64,000 nucleotides of DNA from Psammoneis japonica. Taxonomy: Eukaryota. The stretch spans positions 372,001-436,000 of the forward strand of contig QPGO01000011.1 of the NCBI GenBank assembly GCA_008632985.1, written 5' to 3'. Positions 25,511-39,100 of the stretch are shown in pieces. Each line of letters starts with the position of its first letter. Position 1 is the first letter of the stretch. Both the position numbers and the translations under genes were made by a program. Under the pieces are notes generated by a model that did not search any database, was not told the origin of the DNA, and saw only the letters and a list, made by a program, of their open reading frames with translations.

Positions 25511-25564
25511 TGGTTCTACACGCCCGTCGCCACCAAAACTCACACTAATGTTGCTGACATGATC

Positions 25565-26082
25565 CTAAGGGTATGGCGCGTATGGCGGGTATGGGATGCC
25601 CTTCGACCCCGACATGCCCTTCGACCCCGACTTGGGGCTCTTTGGCGACTTGGGGCTCTTCGGCGACTTGGGGCTCTTTGGCGACTTGGGGCTCTTCGGC
25701 GACTTGGGGCTCTTCGGCGACTTGGGGCTCTTCGGCGACTTGGGGCTCTTCGGCGACTTATAGCTCGTTGGGGGGGGTAATACTGACAAAATGTGCGGCA
25801 ACAGCAGCAGCGTCAGTGGATAGGAAAAGGATTTGACACAAAACCATAGACAAATCCTGCAACAGCCACCCCGCACGCCACTGGTAGTGCGAAATGAAAC
25901 GACGGGGAACGAACCAACAACCACGAGAATCACTAGGCCCAAACAAAGAAACTCACCGGGAGTTTGCGAGCACCTGGAAACTCGGAAGAGGCACCGCGAA
26001 TCTTGGAGACTTCGCGAAGCTCGGCAGAGGCAGAAGCCAGGACGAGGGCGAGGACGGCGAAAATGGCAACGGAGGGCTTCAT
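25565..26082 (-). CDS. Secreted silaffin-like (Lys-Ser-Pro)n protein: signal peptide, RKL processing site, 14 KSP repeats, Tyr/Pro tail
   Basis: Exon 1 26082-25957 MKPSVAIFAVLALVLASASA...GARKLP followed by GTGAGT. Last exon from ~25782 has 7 x 18-bp units whose only variation (CCA/CCG) is synonymous in the KSP frame, ending KSGSKGMSGSKGIPYPPYAPYP*. Splice phase is off by one unless the G8 run at 25770-25777 is mis-sized or a mini-exon exists. Confidence 0.8.
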
Positions 26083-26977
26083 CGTTCTGCAACGTTTGGT
26101 GTGTCGAGCAAAAAACGAAAAATTGTGTGCGAGATTGTGAGTGCATTCAAAAATCGTTTTGAGACATCGTTTTGAGACATGTGGGCCATACACGTGCAAC
26201 TGTACTGAGTTTCACGTGTGCGAAGCAGCGGGGTAAAGAAAAATTGGACCTACTTCTTTTCTGATACTACTTGAGATGTATCAGCGCATAAAGATATATG
26301 AATATGAGAGTCAACTATTTTACAGATTTTCTGTTGGCGCCAGGAAAACAACTCAAATTTTCAAATCCAATCTTGCAATTTTCAAATCTGTAGAAATCAC
26401 AATACAGCTCCCTGCAATCAACCCAAACCTTGATACAAAAAACCACAGTAAAATCGCGAGCAACGTTATAAACAAAATATACTGTAATGTAGTTACTGCA
26501 CTATTTTAATTCCCTGGAAAAAAGTGCATATGAGTTGTTAATGAACATTGAAAAAAATGTGCACACACTTATATTTTAAGGGGGGTCATCCCCGCGTTTA
26601 TCCTAAAATTACCGTTGCATTTGAACAAGGTTTTTTATGGTGTTTATTTTTGGATACAAGAATTATTCATAGTCACACCCGATCGCGCACGAAAACGAGA
26701 ACCATCAGCACCGCGACCGAAGCACGACGATGATGACAATCATCGACATTTCTCAAAAACGCAGTTTGCCGTCTACCAACTTTTCATGTGTGTGCAATCT
26801 TTGTTACATGACAAACATAAAACAAATGAGAGTTGGTGGACGGACCACCTCCGTCACAGACTTATGGCTTGTTGTTTTCACCACGGTGAAGCACGCTGAA
26901 ATTCAGGAAAAATCATGCAAAACACGAGCTGTTCGGCCGAATTCGAGCTAAAAAAAGCAGCAACCAACCACCCTTAA

Positions 26978-29900
26978 AATGTCACAACATTTCAATTGCA
27001 CGTCAATCGTGGGTTCGTACGAGGGACAGATCAGTCACACAGAATTGATCGGATGTTGGAAACTTGTAACCTGCGCACAAATGCGATCGCTTGACGATGT
27101 TGACATCTACGTGTCAATGGCAATCGCACCCGGACAATCTGTTGTCATGAACGTGTTCTCCGAAAGGCCTGTCAGTCTGTGGGAACAGCGCAAAAGCTTC
27201 AGGCCATTGAGAACTCGTTCGGAGAAACCCCCAAAATGATTGAGCAAAATCCAATCTCACGACATTCACTTTTCGCACTTTGCTCTGCTTTCATTTGCAC
27301 TTGTTCTTCAAGCACAGCACATTGTGCACACACACCACAGAAGGTGAAAAGACAAAAATGAAGCTTTCACCTCATGTTGCCAATGCCAAGTCTTCCCCCA
27401 AGCAAAAGAGAAAATTGTTCCACAACCACTGGGATCAATCTCTGAGCCAAAGACACTCAAACCAAGACAACACCTCAAGATGGAGCAGTGCTTTGTCCCA
27501 GGAAAGAAGGACAGCCCACCACACTTCACCATCAATGTTGAACATTGCAAGAAGCAAGGTGTTCCCAAGTGCATTGAATGTCAAAGAACTGTGGTCAACT
27601 CTTGGTGGGTCAGAACATCAAGAAGCAATCGGATGAGTTCCGTCTCATGCTGGCTGTCAGGAAATGCCTGCATGCATTTGAGAGTGGGGCTGCAAATGTT
27701 GAAAATGAAGAGAGCAAAGGAGCCTTCAAAAAATGTCTGCAACACCTCGCCAGACATGTCGTCTTCCCAAAGAACGCACCCCAGATTCAGAAGCGTCATT
27801 TACGACGCAATCTCCAGAAGCCAGAGAGCAGGAAGATCCAAGAAATCACCACTTGGGTGCAAGAAGTCAACAAAGACCTGGTGCCTGACCCTTCCTTTGA
27901 AGAAGTTCAGAAGATCAAGGAGGATGAGCTCAAGGATGTCCTCTGCAATCTTGCTTGCACCTGCAAATGGCAGCAGCACCTGTCGACCCTTCAAGGTTTG
28001 AGAATGCCTTCGACAAGTTGGCCAAGGCTTCAGAGCATCTGGAGGTTGCTGAGGATGTCTTTGACACTGTTCATCATGTCAAGGCTGATGCTGGGGACAA
28101 CCTGGATCAAAAGCCAAAGATGGATCCAACCCTGGTTCCAAAAATGGTCGTCAATCTGGCGCCAAATGATCTGAGTCCAACAAGTGGTGCAACTGTTGCG
28201 AGAAATCCACTCATGACATGGACAAGTGCTGGGACATTGACAGACTTGTAAAAGAATGAATGCACTGGAAATCACAAACGCAACCCAAAAAGGCATCATT
28301 CAAATGGCAACTGCACATGGTCACAAACAAGAGTTGAATGCCATGGTGATCCAGGCAGTTCAAAAAACACTCAAGATGAGTTCTTCAAACAACAATGCAA
28401 AGTGCAAGAGCAAGGAATGCAATTCTGACACCCTCAGTGAAAAGAATTGTCAGTTTGAAAAAATGATGTGCAATGATTCTGAAGAATGACTGGTGCCGCT
28501 GAGAAGTCTTGCATGCCGCTGGGCGCCAGGAAGCCCAGCAAAAGGGTCAAAGTGATGCATGCCACCAGCCCAGCAGTCATTGCTCACATCAGCACCTCTT
28601 TGGGTGAAGCAAAGAACAAGCCTCTGTGTGTTCTCCTTGACAGCAGAACATTGTCAACCACAGCTTTGTGCAAATTCATGTGGAAATTGAGAATGAAGAA
28701 ATCCACCACCAAACTTGGGAAACCAAGGGTGGGCTCTTCACGACTGACAGTCACTGCACAGCACAGTTCTCTTCACCCAAATTTGACAAACATGAGATGC
28801 CCAATGGTGTGTGTTGACAACACCCCTTCTTCTTTGAGTCATTGTGATGTGATCATGGGAACACAACTTGATGTCAAGTCTTGGGATCACATCGAACTTT
28901 GTTGCAAACAAAGAAATCAAATGGGAAGAAGCAGCTGCACCCATGAGCAATGTTGATGCACTCTTCAATGCCAGTGGGCTCAAGCTGATTGCCAACCACA
29001 TTGAGGAATCCCATGCCGTGGTCAGCCTCAATGACAGGGTCAGTTGAATCCTTGACTCAGATTGTCATGCAGCTGACCTCAATGATTGACTGCAGCTGCA
29101 ACTCATCTGACTCCAGAGGAGCAGAAGCAGTTGAACTTCCTCCCAAAAAGATTTGAGGATGGATTGTCCAGATGAGGTCTGTTTGCACGCGAGCTTGCAT
29201 TTTTTTGCAAAAAACCCGGATTTCTTGCACTGGATGCGCGCACTCGCCAACAAAACATTTTCAGCGATGGGTCGAAGTTTGTCCCTTCGAAAGACATCAT
29301 AGAAGGTGTTGGCGATGGTTGTGACCATGCGCGATCTTTAGCTCAACGACTGCAGACATGTCCACAGCCAGTCAAATGCCAGTTGTTGGCATTTCCTGGA
29401 AAGTTGTGGCTTGTCTCCCACAAGCAGTGCGATTTTGGCAAAAAACAGCGCTTCATCGAATGTGACAACTGCACCGAATCCAACAGTTGGCGTTTGAAGG
29501 TTGAAATGTGCAGCTCACACACAGGTCTGACAGCCCTGATGGGGGCAGGATGCACTCATGCCGGCAAGTGTTTGGGAGTGCTCAGAGGCATCGCAAAATG
29601 ACACGGGCGAAGTGCGGGGAAATTGCAAAATCACGAGCCAATTAAAAAAACACCTCATCCAGACGATCCATCCTTGAAAACCTTTTTGACATTTCTCTGA
29701 GCAAATGGACCAGGAAACCTGTGGATCTCAAGTTTAAGTCAGGCACAAATCTGCATCATGCAAAGCCATTTCCCATGCCACAAGCCTTGGAGGCGACTGC
29801 TCAAAAGGAGGTTGAAAGACCATGCAAGTTGAAAGTCTCAAGAAAAACGAGTTGCTCCAAATGGGCAGCTCCAACCTTCATTCAACCAAAGAAAAATGGT

Positions 29901-32592
29901 TGAGTTTGGTTTCTGTCCAACTTTTGTGAGCTGAACAAGAGGTCAATGCATGCTCTGTTTCCTCCACCCAATGTTCAAGACATGCTGCAAAAACTTGAAG
30001 GTTTTGTGCGCCACTTCCCTCTTGTTGATTTGAGCATGGGACACTGCCACGTCAAATTGACTCCATGTGCACATTGCTTGTGCACTGTTGTCATGCCTTG
30101 GGGCAAATGTGAGTGCTGCAGACTGCCTGCAGGAATCTGCGGAGCTCCAGACATTTTCCAACAAGAGCAAATGAGTGAGCTCATGGCAGGTCTGGAGTTT
30201 GTCAGAGCTTGCATTGATGGCACACTGTGCCTTGCAAAAGGTGGTTTTCAAGACCATCTCAAAAAGCCTGAAATGGTGTTCACACACCTGAACAAACTGG
30301 GCTGAAGGTCAGCGCCAAAAAGTCCTTCTTTGCCAAACCTGAAGTGGGCTGTCCAGGCTTTCACATCACCCACAATGATGTCAGCCCAACACCAACAAAA
30401 GCAAAAGCAGCTCACTTGATTGCAACACCCAAAACTTGCAAAGAATTGCGACATTTTGTTGGTGTGATTCATGTGGCCTTGACAGTCTCATGTTCTTGCT
30501 CTGTCAGCCAAACTCACCTCATCCTGGGTGAAGTGGCAATGGACTGAAATGGAGTGAAAAGACTTCAAAAATGTGGTGCAAATTGTTTCCAAAGATGTGT
30601 CATTGTGCACCTGAATTTCAACAAACCCTTTAAGACACACACTGACACAAGCAATTCTCAATTGGGGGTGGTCATTGTGCAGAACAACTGACCTCTTGCC
30701 TTCTGCAGTTGCAAGTTGAGTGGAGTGCAGACATGCCACGCTGCAACAGAAAAAGAGCTTTTGTCCACAATGAAGACATTTGAGGAATTTCAAAATGTGC
30801 TGTTTGGCCAACAGATCAACACGTCATGGATCACAAGAATCTCACCCATGAGAACTTCACAATGGATGGAGTGATGCACTGGCTTGGCAACTGACAATGG
30901 AAGAATGCAGCCCCAAATTAAATTGCCTCAAGAGCAAGGCAAGCATTGTTGCACAGATGCAATCAGCTGACTTGCTGTGAAAAAAATTGGACCTGTGGAA
31001 AACCCAGGCATTGAAGATCTGGCGGAGAAAGTCACACCCAAATCCCACGACAGTGTCTTTCCATCAACTCACAAAGTTCCAGACACTGAGCAAAAGTGGG
31101 GCAAAGACATTCTCTCCAAATTGTTGGTGCAACACATCACACAAAGACTTTTTGTAGAGGCGGGTGAGACCGGTTGCTCATGTGTCATGAGGAAAAAATC
31201 ATTGCACCCAAGGCATTGCAAAAAGTGGTGATGGATTGGTGCCATGCACACCTTCTGCACCCAGGCACAAACAGAGCTGAAGAAACAATCTTGCACCACT
31301 TGTGGTGGTCTGCCTTGCATGAAAACATGCAAAAACATGTGTCGAAATGTGAGGCATGCCAAAAATTTAAAAAGAAACAGGTGAAAGATGGACACTTGCC
31401 CCCCTGAGTGCACAAAAGCAGTGCCATGGGAATGACTGTGTGTGGATCTCATTGGACCATGCATGATGTGTTGCAAGGGAAAAAAGAAACCCCATGATCC
31501 AGCAACAGGATGGTTTGAAGTTGTGGAAATTCCAAACAAGGAATCCACAACCGTTGCTGGATTGTTGGAGTGGATGTGGCCAAGTGGACATCCTTGGCCA
31601 TCATCAATTGCGTGTGACTGTGGAAGTGAGTTCGCTGGACACCAACTCAGAAACATGGTTGAAGAGGACTGTGGCATGAAATGCAAGCCCACAACTGCAT
31701 GAAATCCACAAGCAAACACAGTTGTTGAATGCACACATCAAGCACCAGGCAATGTGCTGCGTGCATTTGACCCGCAAAATGCATCTCTGGACACAGACAA
31801 TCCATTTTTCTGGTGTGCTGTCAGCAGTGGCCTTTCTGTGCATTCTGCACACCGCGCCACTGTGCAAGCTGCACCAGGACAACTGGTCTTCAACAGAGAC
31901 ATGATTTTCAATGTCCAGCACATTGCTGATTGGAGGTTTGTTCAGAAACAAAAACAAGAAATCACAAAAAAAAAACAATGCTCAAGAGAATGCTTGACGT
32001 GCTCCATGCATGTGCAGAGTGGGAGAAAAGACTCCGCTTGAAAGAGACTCTCAGAAATTAGAGCAGCCCTGTGTTGGACCACACGCACAATGACAATGGC
32101 GCACACTGATGGCGCAGCACACAGATCAAACATGGTGACATCATTGATGCTGTCAACATTTGCTGCGTTGTGCCATTTGACGAATGACTCCAACATGCAG
32201 CTGGGGAGGCAAATGCAACATGCACTGTCATGTGCATTTCATGTGTGTGTGCACTTCAATGTTGTTGTGCTTCAATTGCACATCAATTGTGGGTTCATGC
32301 AAAGGACAGATCAGTCACACAGAATTGGTTGGAAGTTGGAAATTGCAAACATGATTGCTTGACAATGTTGACATCTTGCGCGTCAATGGCAATTGCATCC
32401 GGACAATCTGTTGTCACACAAACGTGCATTTTTTGAAAGGCACTTTAGTCTGTGGGAATGGCGCAAAAGCTTTGGGCCATTGAGAGCTCATTCAAAGAAA
32501 CCCAAAATGATTGAGGAAAATCCAATCTCACAATTTTCACTTTTCGCACTTTGCCCCACTTTTGTTTGCACTCGTTCTTTGAGCACAGTGCA
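26978..32592 (+). mobile_element. Ty3/Gypsy LTR retrotransposon, decayed (gag, protease, RT, RNase H, integrase)
   Basis: LTRs at ~26978-27321 and ~32214-32592, PPT GGGGAGG at ~32203. Protease VLLDSR; RT WAAPTFIQPKKNG and FVRACIDG; RNase H TEKELL; integrase HLLHPG, CEACQKFK, GHLPP, DLIGP. Confidence 0.92.
29157..29673. mobile_element. Kolobok-like MITE nested in Gypsy pol, related to 20312-21872
   Basis: TTGA|GGATGGATTGTCCAGATGAGGT ... ACCTCATCCAGACGATCCATCC|TTGA. Removing it plus one TSD restores the Gypsy reading KRFENLFD. Confidence 0.8.
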
Positions 32593-32599
32593 AAAGCAT

Positions 32600-33700
32600 C
32601 TTTTCACCCATGAAAAGCATCCTCACAATGAAGCCCTTGTCAAAATCAATTGCTTTGCAACAGCTTCTAGAGACAAGGCTTCCTGCTTGACCACTCTTGA
32701 GACACATCAGGTTGTGAAAGTGCCGCGCAAGCACAAACGCATCTCATCATGCTTGTCGCGAGAACTTTTGCATCCTGTTGGTCATGAGTGCAGTTGATTG
32801 CATTGACTCTTGTGCCAACTCTCCAAAGTTTTGCTTTCCCCTCTTTTTCGACAAAGGTTGCAAACAACAACACTGTTTTGCGAGTCCCCAAGAATGTTCA
32901 CAATGCCCTCCCCAGCCATTTCTGGACAACACTTTGGCGCTCTGTCAATGGCCATGCCCATTTTGCAACCCATCATTTGCAACAACATCTCTTTGTTGAT
33001 GAAGTCATTGCAAGCAGCCACCAAGTGAAGGAGAGATGTTGACTTGTTGATCTCTCCATCTTTGCCCTTTGTGCCATCCACAGCATTTTCCAGGGTTGTT
33101 GGGGGGTCAATCCATCCTTGCTCATGCAAAATTTTCTACAATCCTTTTGGCTTGTTGACCCATCCGTGCTTCACCTTTTGAATGGGTTTCTTCAACAGGT
33201 GTGTTGTTGCTCCTTGCTGTGTCAATCAACTTGTCTTTTTCTTGCTCCTGATGTTCTTGATGTTTTTTGCAGAAGCTTGTCAAAAATTTCATTGCGCAGG
33301 AGCTTCCTGAGTTTCAGTTTGACCCTCAACAGGTGTGTCACATTTCTCATCTTCTCATTCTTCCGGCCTCATCCACTGTGGTCCCTGGCCTTCCGCCTCA
33401 CTCAATGCCATTGTTTGCACTTGTCCTGCAGACAACATGCCAGCTGCTTTGGCATGAGGACCTGGGGAAGCCCTCTGCCAGAACAACCTCAGTGGGGTCA
33501 TCAGGGACCCAAATCAATGAATCCTCACATTTGCAGATGGCCAGGCTTCAGTCTGCCAAAACACGTGTGAGCACAAGCACGTCAATGTGTTCACAAATGA
33601 ACAAGTCAGATTTGTCATGAATCAAAATCATTTGTGACAAACAAGTGTGATTTGGAAACAAATGAGTGCCCGGCACCTCTGACAAATTTCCATGGCTTCA
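32600..33700 (-). mobile_element. IS630/Tc1-mariner-like DDE transposase remnant
   Basis: PKGL*KILHEQGWIDP and MGMAIDRAPKCCPEMAGEGI, similar to the PKCHPELAGEGIE motif of this group. Confidence 0.6.
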
Positions 33701-33849
33701 AATCAAGGACATGCAAACCAATGAGTTCATTGCATTGCAACAAGTTGACTCCAGCATGACATTCCATTTGATGACTTTTGGCAACTCACTGACAATGGAC
33801 TGGGTGACTGGCATCCCAGCTGGCCATTTTGCGATGCATCCTTCCAGCT

Positions 33850-36800
33850 CACTTGCCAAGTGGCACCCCGGAACCAAGTTTTTCAATTTAGATTTGCTCT
33901 GCAATGTCATTTGCAACAATGTCAGTGCTGCTTTTTGTGTGTTGCATCCACTGAGCTGGTGTCAACTCCAGTTCGCACATCTTGGTGAAGTTTGCCATGT
34001 GGCTGCCCTTGTCCCCTGACTCATCGTTGTCTTCTTCCACCCTCTCATTGTGCCCTGCTGCAAACTTCCTGTGCAAATCTTCCCATTGGCCCAGCTGTTC
34101 ACTTGCTGCATCTTGTTTGATTTCCCTCACCAGTTTCTCAAAGAACTTGTTTGCCCCATGGGACCATCCTTTGCACTTCCTGTGCATCTTGCATCATGTC
34201 CTGGGTGCACCTTCTTCTGCTCCGTTCCTGGATTTCTTTGTGGCAAAGTGCTTCAGGCATCTCAAGCACTTTCTCTTCTTGGCACCTCATTCCCTGTTGG
34301 GCAGGTTCTTGTTGCTTTCCAGCTTGTTTGTGGGCGCTGACCTCTGTCAAAACGGTCAATTGCTCCTGTGTTGTTTGCTCCACTCTCGCCTTCTTGATGC
34401 ATTTGTTGCGGCTCTCAAAGGACTTCTCCCATGCCTCTTTGAATTTGTTCTTCATTTGCTCTGCCGTGCTCAGCTCTGTTGGCTCTTGAGAGTCTTTTTC
34501 CAAAATGGCGAATGAGCTTGATCCATTTGCATCCTCTTGTTTGGCAACGGTCATGTCCGGCATCATTGTCTCACACAAGTCTTCCCTTCCAATGGGGTTT
34601 CCTTGGTCATCAAGCTCCACATTGCAGTCTGACATCAAACAACTGTCCTTGTTGTTGCTCTTGTGCTCCACATGCCACACAACAAAATTGTTCTTCAGAA
34701 GCATGTGGGTGAACACCTCGGCACATGAGACATGCCAACCTTGTGTTGTCGGAGAAGCTTTTCTTCCAACAAACATCTCCCATGACTGGCTGCAACAAAC
34801 AGCTGCAGAACACTGTTTGCAATGTTGGACTCAACAATCGATCCTGGAATTGTTCCGGCAAAGGCAAGATGCAAATTGTGTTTGTCGCAGCATGCACAAA
34901 GCACTGCGTCATCAGCAACAACATGCTCCTGATGTTGGTTTGTCATCTCTCCAGCCACAACAATCCTCAGCGACAGCACTTGCTGTGAAATTTGTCTTGC
35001 TGGGCTTGGCACGCATTTGATTGCTTTGTTGCCAGCCAGCCCTGGCACAACCTGTTTTGTTTCATTTTTCATCCACAGGTGACACAGGTGTGTTTTTTGC
35101 TCTCTGCTTCCAGCAGGTCTGCCAGCTTTCTGTCTGTCAGTGTTGGTCTGCAATTCTGGGCACAGTCTCTGTGCAACATGCCAGTTTCCTCTGAGTGCCT
35201 TGCATCAAAGATGAGTGTGACACTGAGAAACACCTTTTCTTTGACATGGTCTCTCACCTTGACTGTGTCTCTGCCCACCTTCTTGTTGTTGTCCATCCAC
35301 TTGGCTGGATTGACAAGTCTCTGCACCGTGGTTGCCATGACTTCATGTTGTTTTCTGTGGCATTTGTTTTTGTCAGCACTCCTCCCAGCGCCAGTCATGG
35401 TTGTGTGCACATTTCTGCCCAGCCATTTGCCACTGCAATCTGGATTTACAGGCATTTGCAAACATTGTGCCCCAAACAACACATGGCCATGGAACTCATT
35501 TGTTGTCATGTGTTCACTGACACGATTCGAATTTGCTCACCTGAGTTTCAAAAACATTGCATTTGGCCATGACTGAACATTTTAATTGCATGTTTTTTTA
35601 AATTTCCTTGCCCATCATCCCGACATTCGTGTCTGTCCAGCTGCAAGGCATGTGCATTCTCAATCAGCTCACACACCCGCACAACAGCCCGATTTCAAAA
35701 TCAATCAGCTCACTTGCTTCCGATGACTCTCCTTTTGTTTTGGACAATCTCAGCAATCCCCACCCTGCAGTTTGGTCCTTGGTCATGGTTTGTTCCTGCC
35801 ATTGCTGATGCAAGCCTTGCCAAATCAGTTGCGTCAATGTTGCTGCCAGTGATTTGGGCATGCTGTCCCAAGCAACTGTGTTGCTTGTTCGTCAATGCTG
35901 TGACAAGGAGCCCTTGTTGACACCATCCTGCCAATCTTGCTCAAACTCTGAGGGCACCTCTGGAAACACCGCCGACAGCTCGGACATTGGCTCCCCAACA
36001 GGCTCTTCTGCTGCTCCCTCCCTTTTGTCATGTGTCACAACTGCAGGATGCAATGTGGAGTTCAGTGCCAAGTTCAGCGCTGCTGATTCAGATTTTGAGA
36101 ACAGCGCCTCTGTTGAACAAGATGATGAGTCTGCATGCACCAACAGATCTCATTCCAATGGAGATGACAAGGATGAGCTGTGTCTTTTTGAGATGTTTCC
36201 CAGCACCAACTCTGCCAACGATTGTGGCCTCATGTTTTGTCAGCTGACCCCCCTGAGCTGATCACACTGTGCGACAATTCCGGTGCCACACCAGAGGATT
36301 TTGCGATTCGCTGCTCACTCTGCTGCAACTTCTCCATGAGAAAAAGAAGTTCAATGCATCCAGGGCTCTTTGGCACAAACAGTTGCTGAAAAGCGTCAGT
36401 GTGAAGGTGTGCATGCCAAAGCCAGACACACGCATCATTTGTGGGGGTGCCAAGTTGCCCATTTTTGGATGCAGGACATGTCAAGGGACTTGCTTGCCCG
36501 CTCCCTTTTCAATGATTGTCACAATCTGAATGTCAACCAAGCAATGAACAAATGGCACCAAAAGTTTGTTCCCGCAGATGACTGCAACCTCAGAGAAGCA
36601 GTTTGCAACAAATGGCACTCTGACACATGCGATGATCTCCCCAAATGTTTTGATCCAGAGAAGGACCTCCTTCTTCAAATGGGCTTGCACACTGACCAGA
36701 CAGGAACAACTGACGTGTGCCAATGACATCCACTTGAACCCTGGTTGTTCTGTGCCCTCATTGTGAAGAGGAAAGCTTGAGAACACTCTTGCTCCTGGCG

Positions 36801-39100
36801 TCATTTGGGGGTTTCATGCCATGCACTGACACAGGCAGTTTGTCTGGTTGCACCAATGAAAATGGCAACACCATCAAGGATGACCCAGCACCACGTGATT
36901 TGTCCACCAACATGCAAGCACACCACAACATGCTCTTGTTTTTGTTGGAGGACTTGAAGCATCTTCAGAAGCACCCACTCCAGATGATGGCAAACTTGGG
37001 TGGGCAACGTCAGCTCTCATGTGCCTCCTCCTCATGCAAGGTCCAATTTTTGGTGACCAGAAATCACAGGACTGCATGTGTGGTCCAATGGAGGTGGCGC
37101 TGGTTGGGTTCACCTGTTGCACATGTGTTCATTGACAAATGCTTCCAACGTGTTCCTCCCAACAAAAAAAATGGACTGTCTTGCACTCCAACAAATGTGA
37201 AAACAGTGTTGCACCTCAACAAAATGGCCCTTGGCTGTCATGGTGCATCTGCCAAGGAAATCAACTGCAATGGACGAGTGGAAGATTTCCTAAAATGTCA
37301 GCAGAAGCCAGCCACAGCACTGCTTGCCAGACTGCACACGATGCATCCCTTGAGAAATGCCTTTGATGGCATTGATTTTGGCAGCAACCCACAGGGTGTG
37401 TGTGCTGCTGCCACTGACAATCACCTGTGCTTGTCTTGGGAGGCCAGAGGTGGAGAGAATGTGGCCACCATCACATGTCATGGTTGGACACTGAAGGAAA
37501 AAGGAAATTTTGAAATGGAGTTGGTGGCAGCAGTGGCGTCTGCTGGGTCAAGCACATTTGGGAACCATCCTCCAAAAGGCTGTTTGAGCTCTGGTTTCAC
37601 CAGAATGACCCTCATGACCCACTCAGAGAAGATGGGAACCTTGTTTTGCCTGACTGTGGCAATGCAATTCACAGGCACTCATGAGATCATGGAAAAGGAG
37701 GCTTGCTGACGACAAGCAAAGAAGTGCGCCACCTTTCCATCAGCTTCTGAGATGAAGTTGTCACAAAAGGAAAAACAGAGTGCTCCAGCCAACGGCAGCC
37801 AATCGGATGACACCACCTCTGGGAAAAAGCAGTCCCATCAAACAGCATCCAACCAGCATGGAACAAAATGGAGAAGACTGTGCAGCACATCCACTGCCAG
37901 CACTCCCGAGGAAGCTGCTCCAACAAAAGACCCAGCATTGCCGCCAAGTGCCTTTCCTCACAGGAAAGATTTACACTGCACTGCAGACCATGACAACAGC
38001 AAGGCATTTGACAAAAACCTTCTTCAATCCAATTTGTCATCAAGAACCTCAAGCTGCGCAGCTTTGGGTTCTTGTTGCAAGATGACTTTGATGATTTTCA
38101 GATGGACCAGCTCTTTGTTGAATCATGGAAGATTTTGAAGGCAGTTGATGGCAGGCAAGCCATCTCATGCCCCTCCCACAAATGCGCTGGATCCCTTGCA
38201 TGTCCTGTTCTGCAGGACAGGTGCCAAGGGCTGTCAAAACAAATGTTCAGAAGTGTGTCAACAGCAGGTTGAGAAAGACCATCACAAAGAAGAAGGTTGA
38301 TTTGCCTGCACCCAAAACTGCCAACGTCGTGGAAGACCTCAAAACAACCCATGTCAGTTTTTGCACCCAACGCAGAATTGTGTTGAGAAGCCATGTTGCA
38401 AGAAACCCCTTGTGGAGGGCAATGGGCATGTGGGCTTGGCACTGTCTGACATGTCTGCCTTTTCTTTGTTCCTTGAACATGCTCTTTGTCATCACACGCA
38501 TTGCTGCCATTCACACATCTGCTTCCCAAGGACGTGATGCAGCTTGGCACCAAAGCCCTGGGTTTCAGAACAAAGAGAGTGGTGTCATGCATGGACACCA
38601 CAATTCATTGAGGCAACTCTGCTGTTGACAACAATGCTGAGAAGAGTTGTGCACAGCTGTGCACACTGTTCAACCGGCTGTTCATGGGAGGGCCCGTGCA
38701 AATGCGCGCATCCAACATGTGAGAGACTTCTGAAAACAAAAGCCAAAAAATTTCAAAGACAGCCCCCAGAAGCAAGGAGAGGAAACCTTCACATGCCAAA
38801 CTTGCAAAAGGGTGTGTGAGTCTGTGTTTTTGATTGTTGCACTGACACACTTGACCGTGAATCCAAACAAAGCAAAGCCGATGACGACATGGATGACTCG
38901 TTGGCACATTAGTCACCACCACATGCAAGATGCCTCATTTTGTTTTCGAGTGTGATGTCCTGTTGATGGATTGTTTTGGGAAGACAAAAAAAGCAGACAA
39001 GGAATCGGGCAAACCATGCAAGGCTTTCCTCAAAGCAATCCAAGAATTGGAACTGAGCCAGCAAAGACTCGAATTGTGGAATGAATGTTTTCTTGTACGT
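33850..39100. mobile_element. Plavaka-like DNA transposon remnant: plus-strand transposase (~36400-39100) and divergent minus-strand accessory ORF (~33900-35550)
   Basis: FDPEKDLLLQMGLHTDQTGTTD, PLEPWLF, NAFDGIDFGSNPQGV, TCERLLKTKAK. Accessory ORF remnants KGWSHGANKFFEKLVREIKQD and VRDHVKEKVF. Confidence 0.6.

Noticed and set aside
26580..26973. Possible TTAA-flanked GG...CC MITE
   Set aside because: TTAA is present on both sides, but the terminal inverted match is only ~7 bp with a mismatch; too weak to call.
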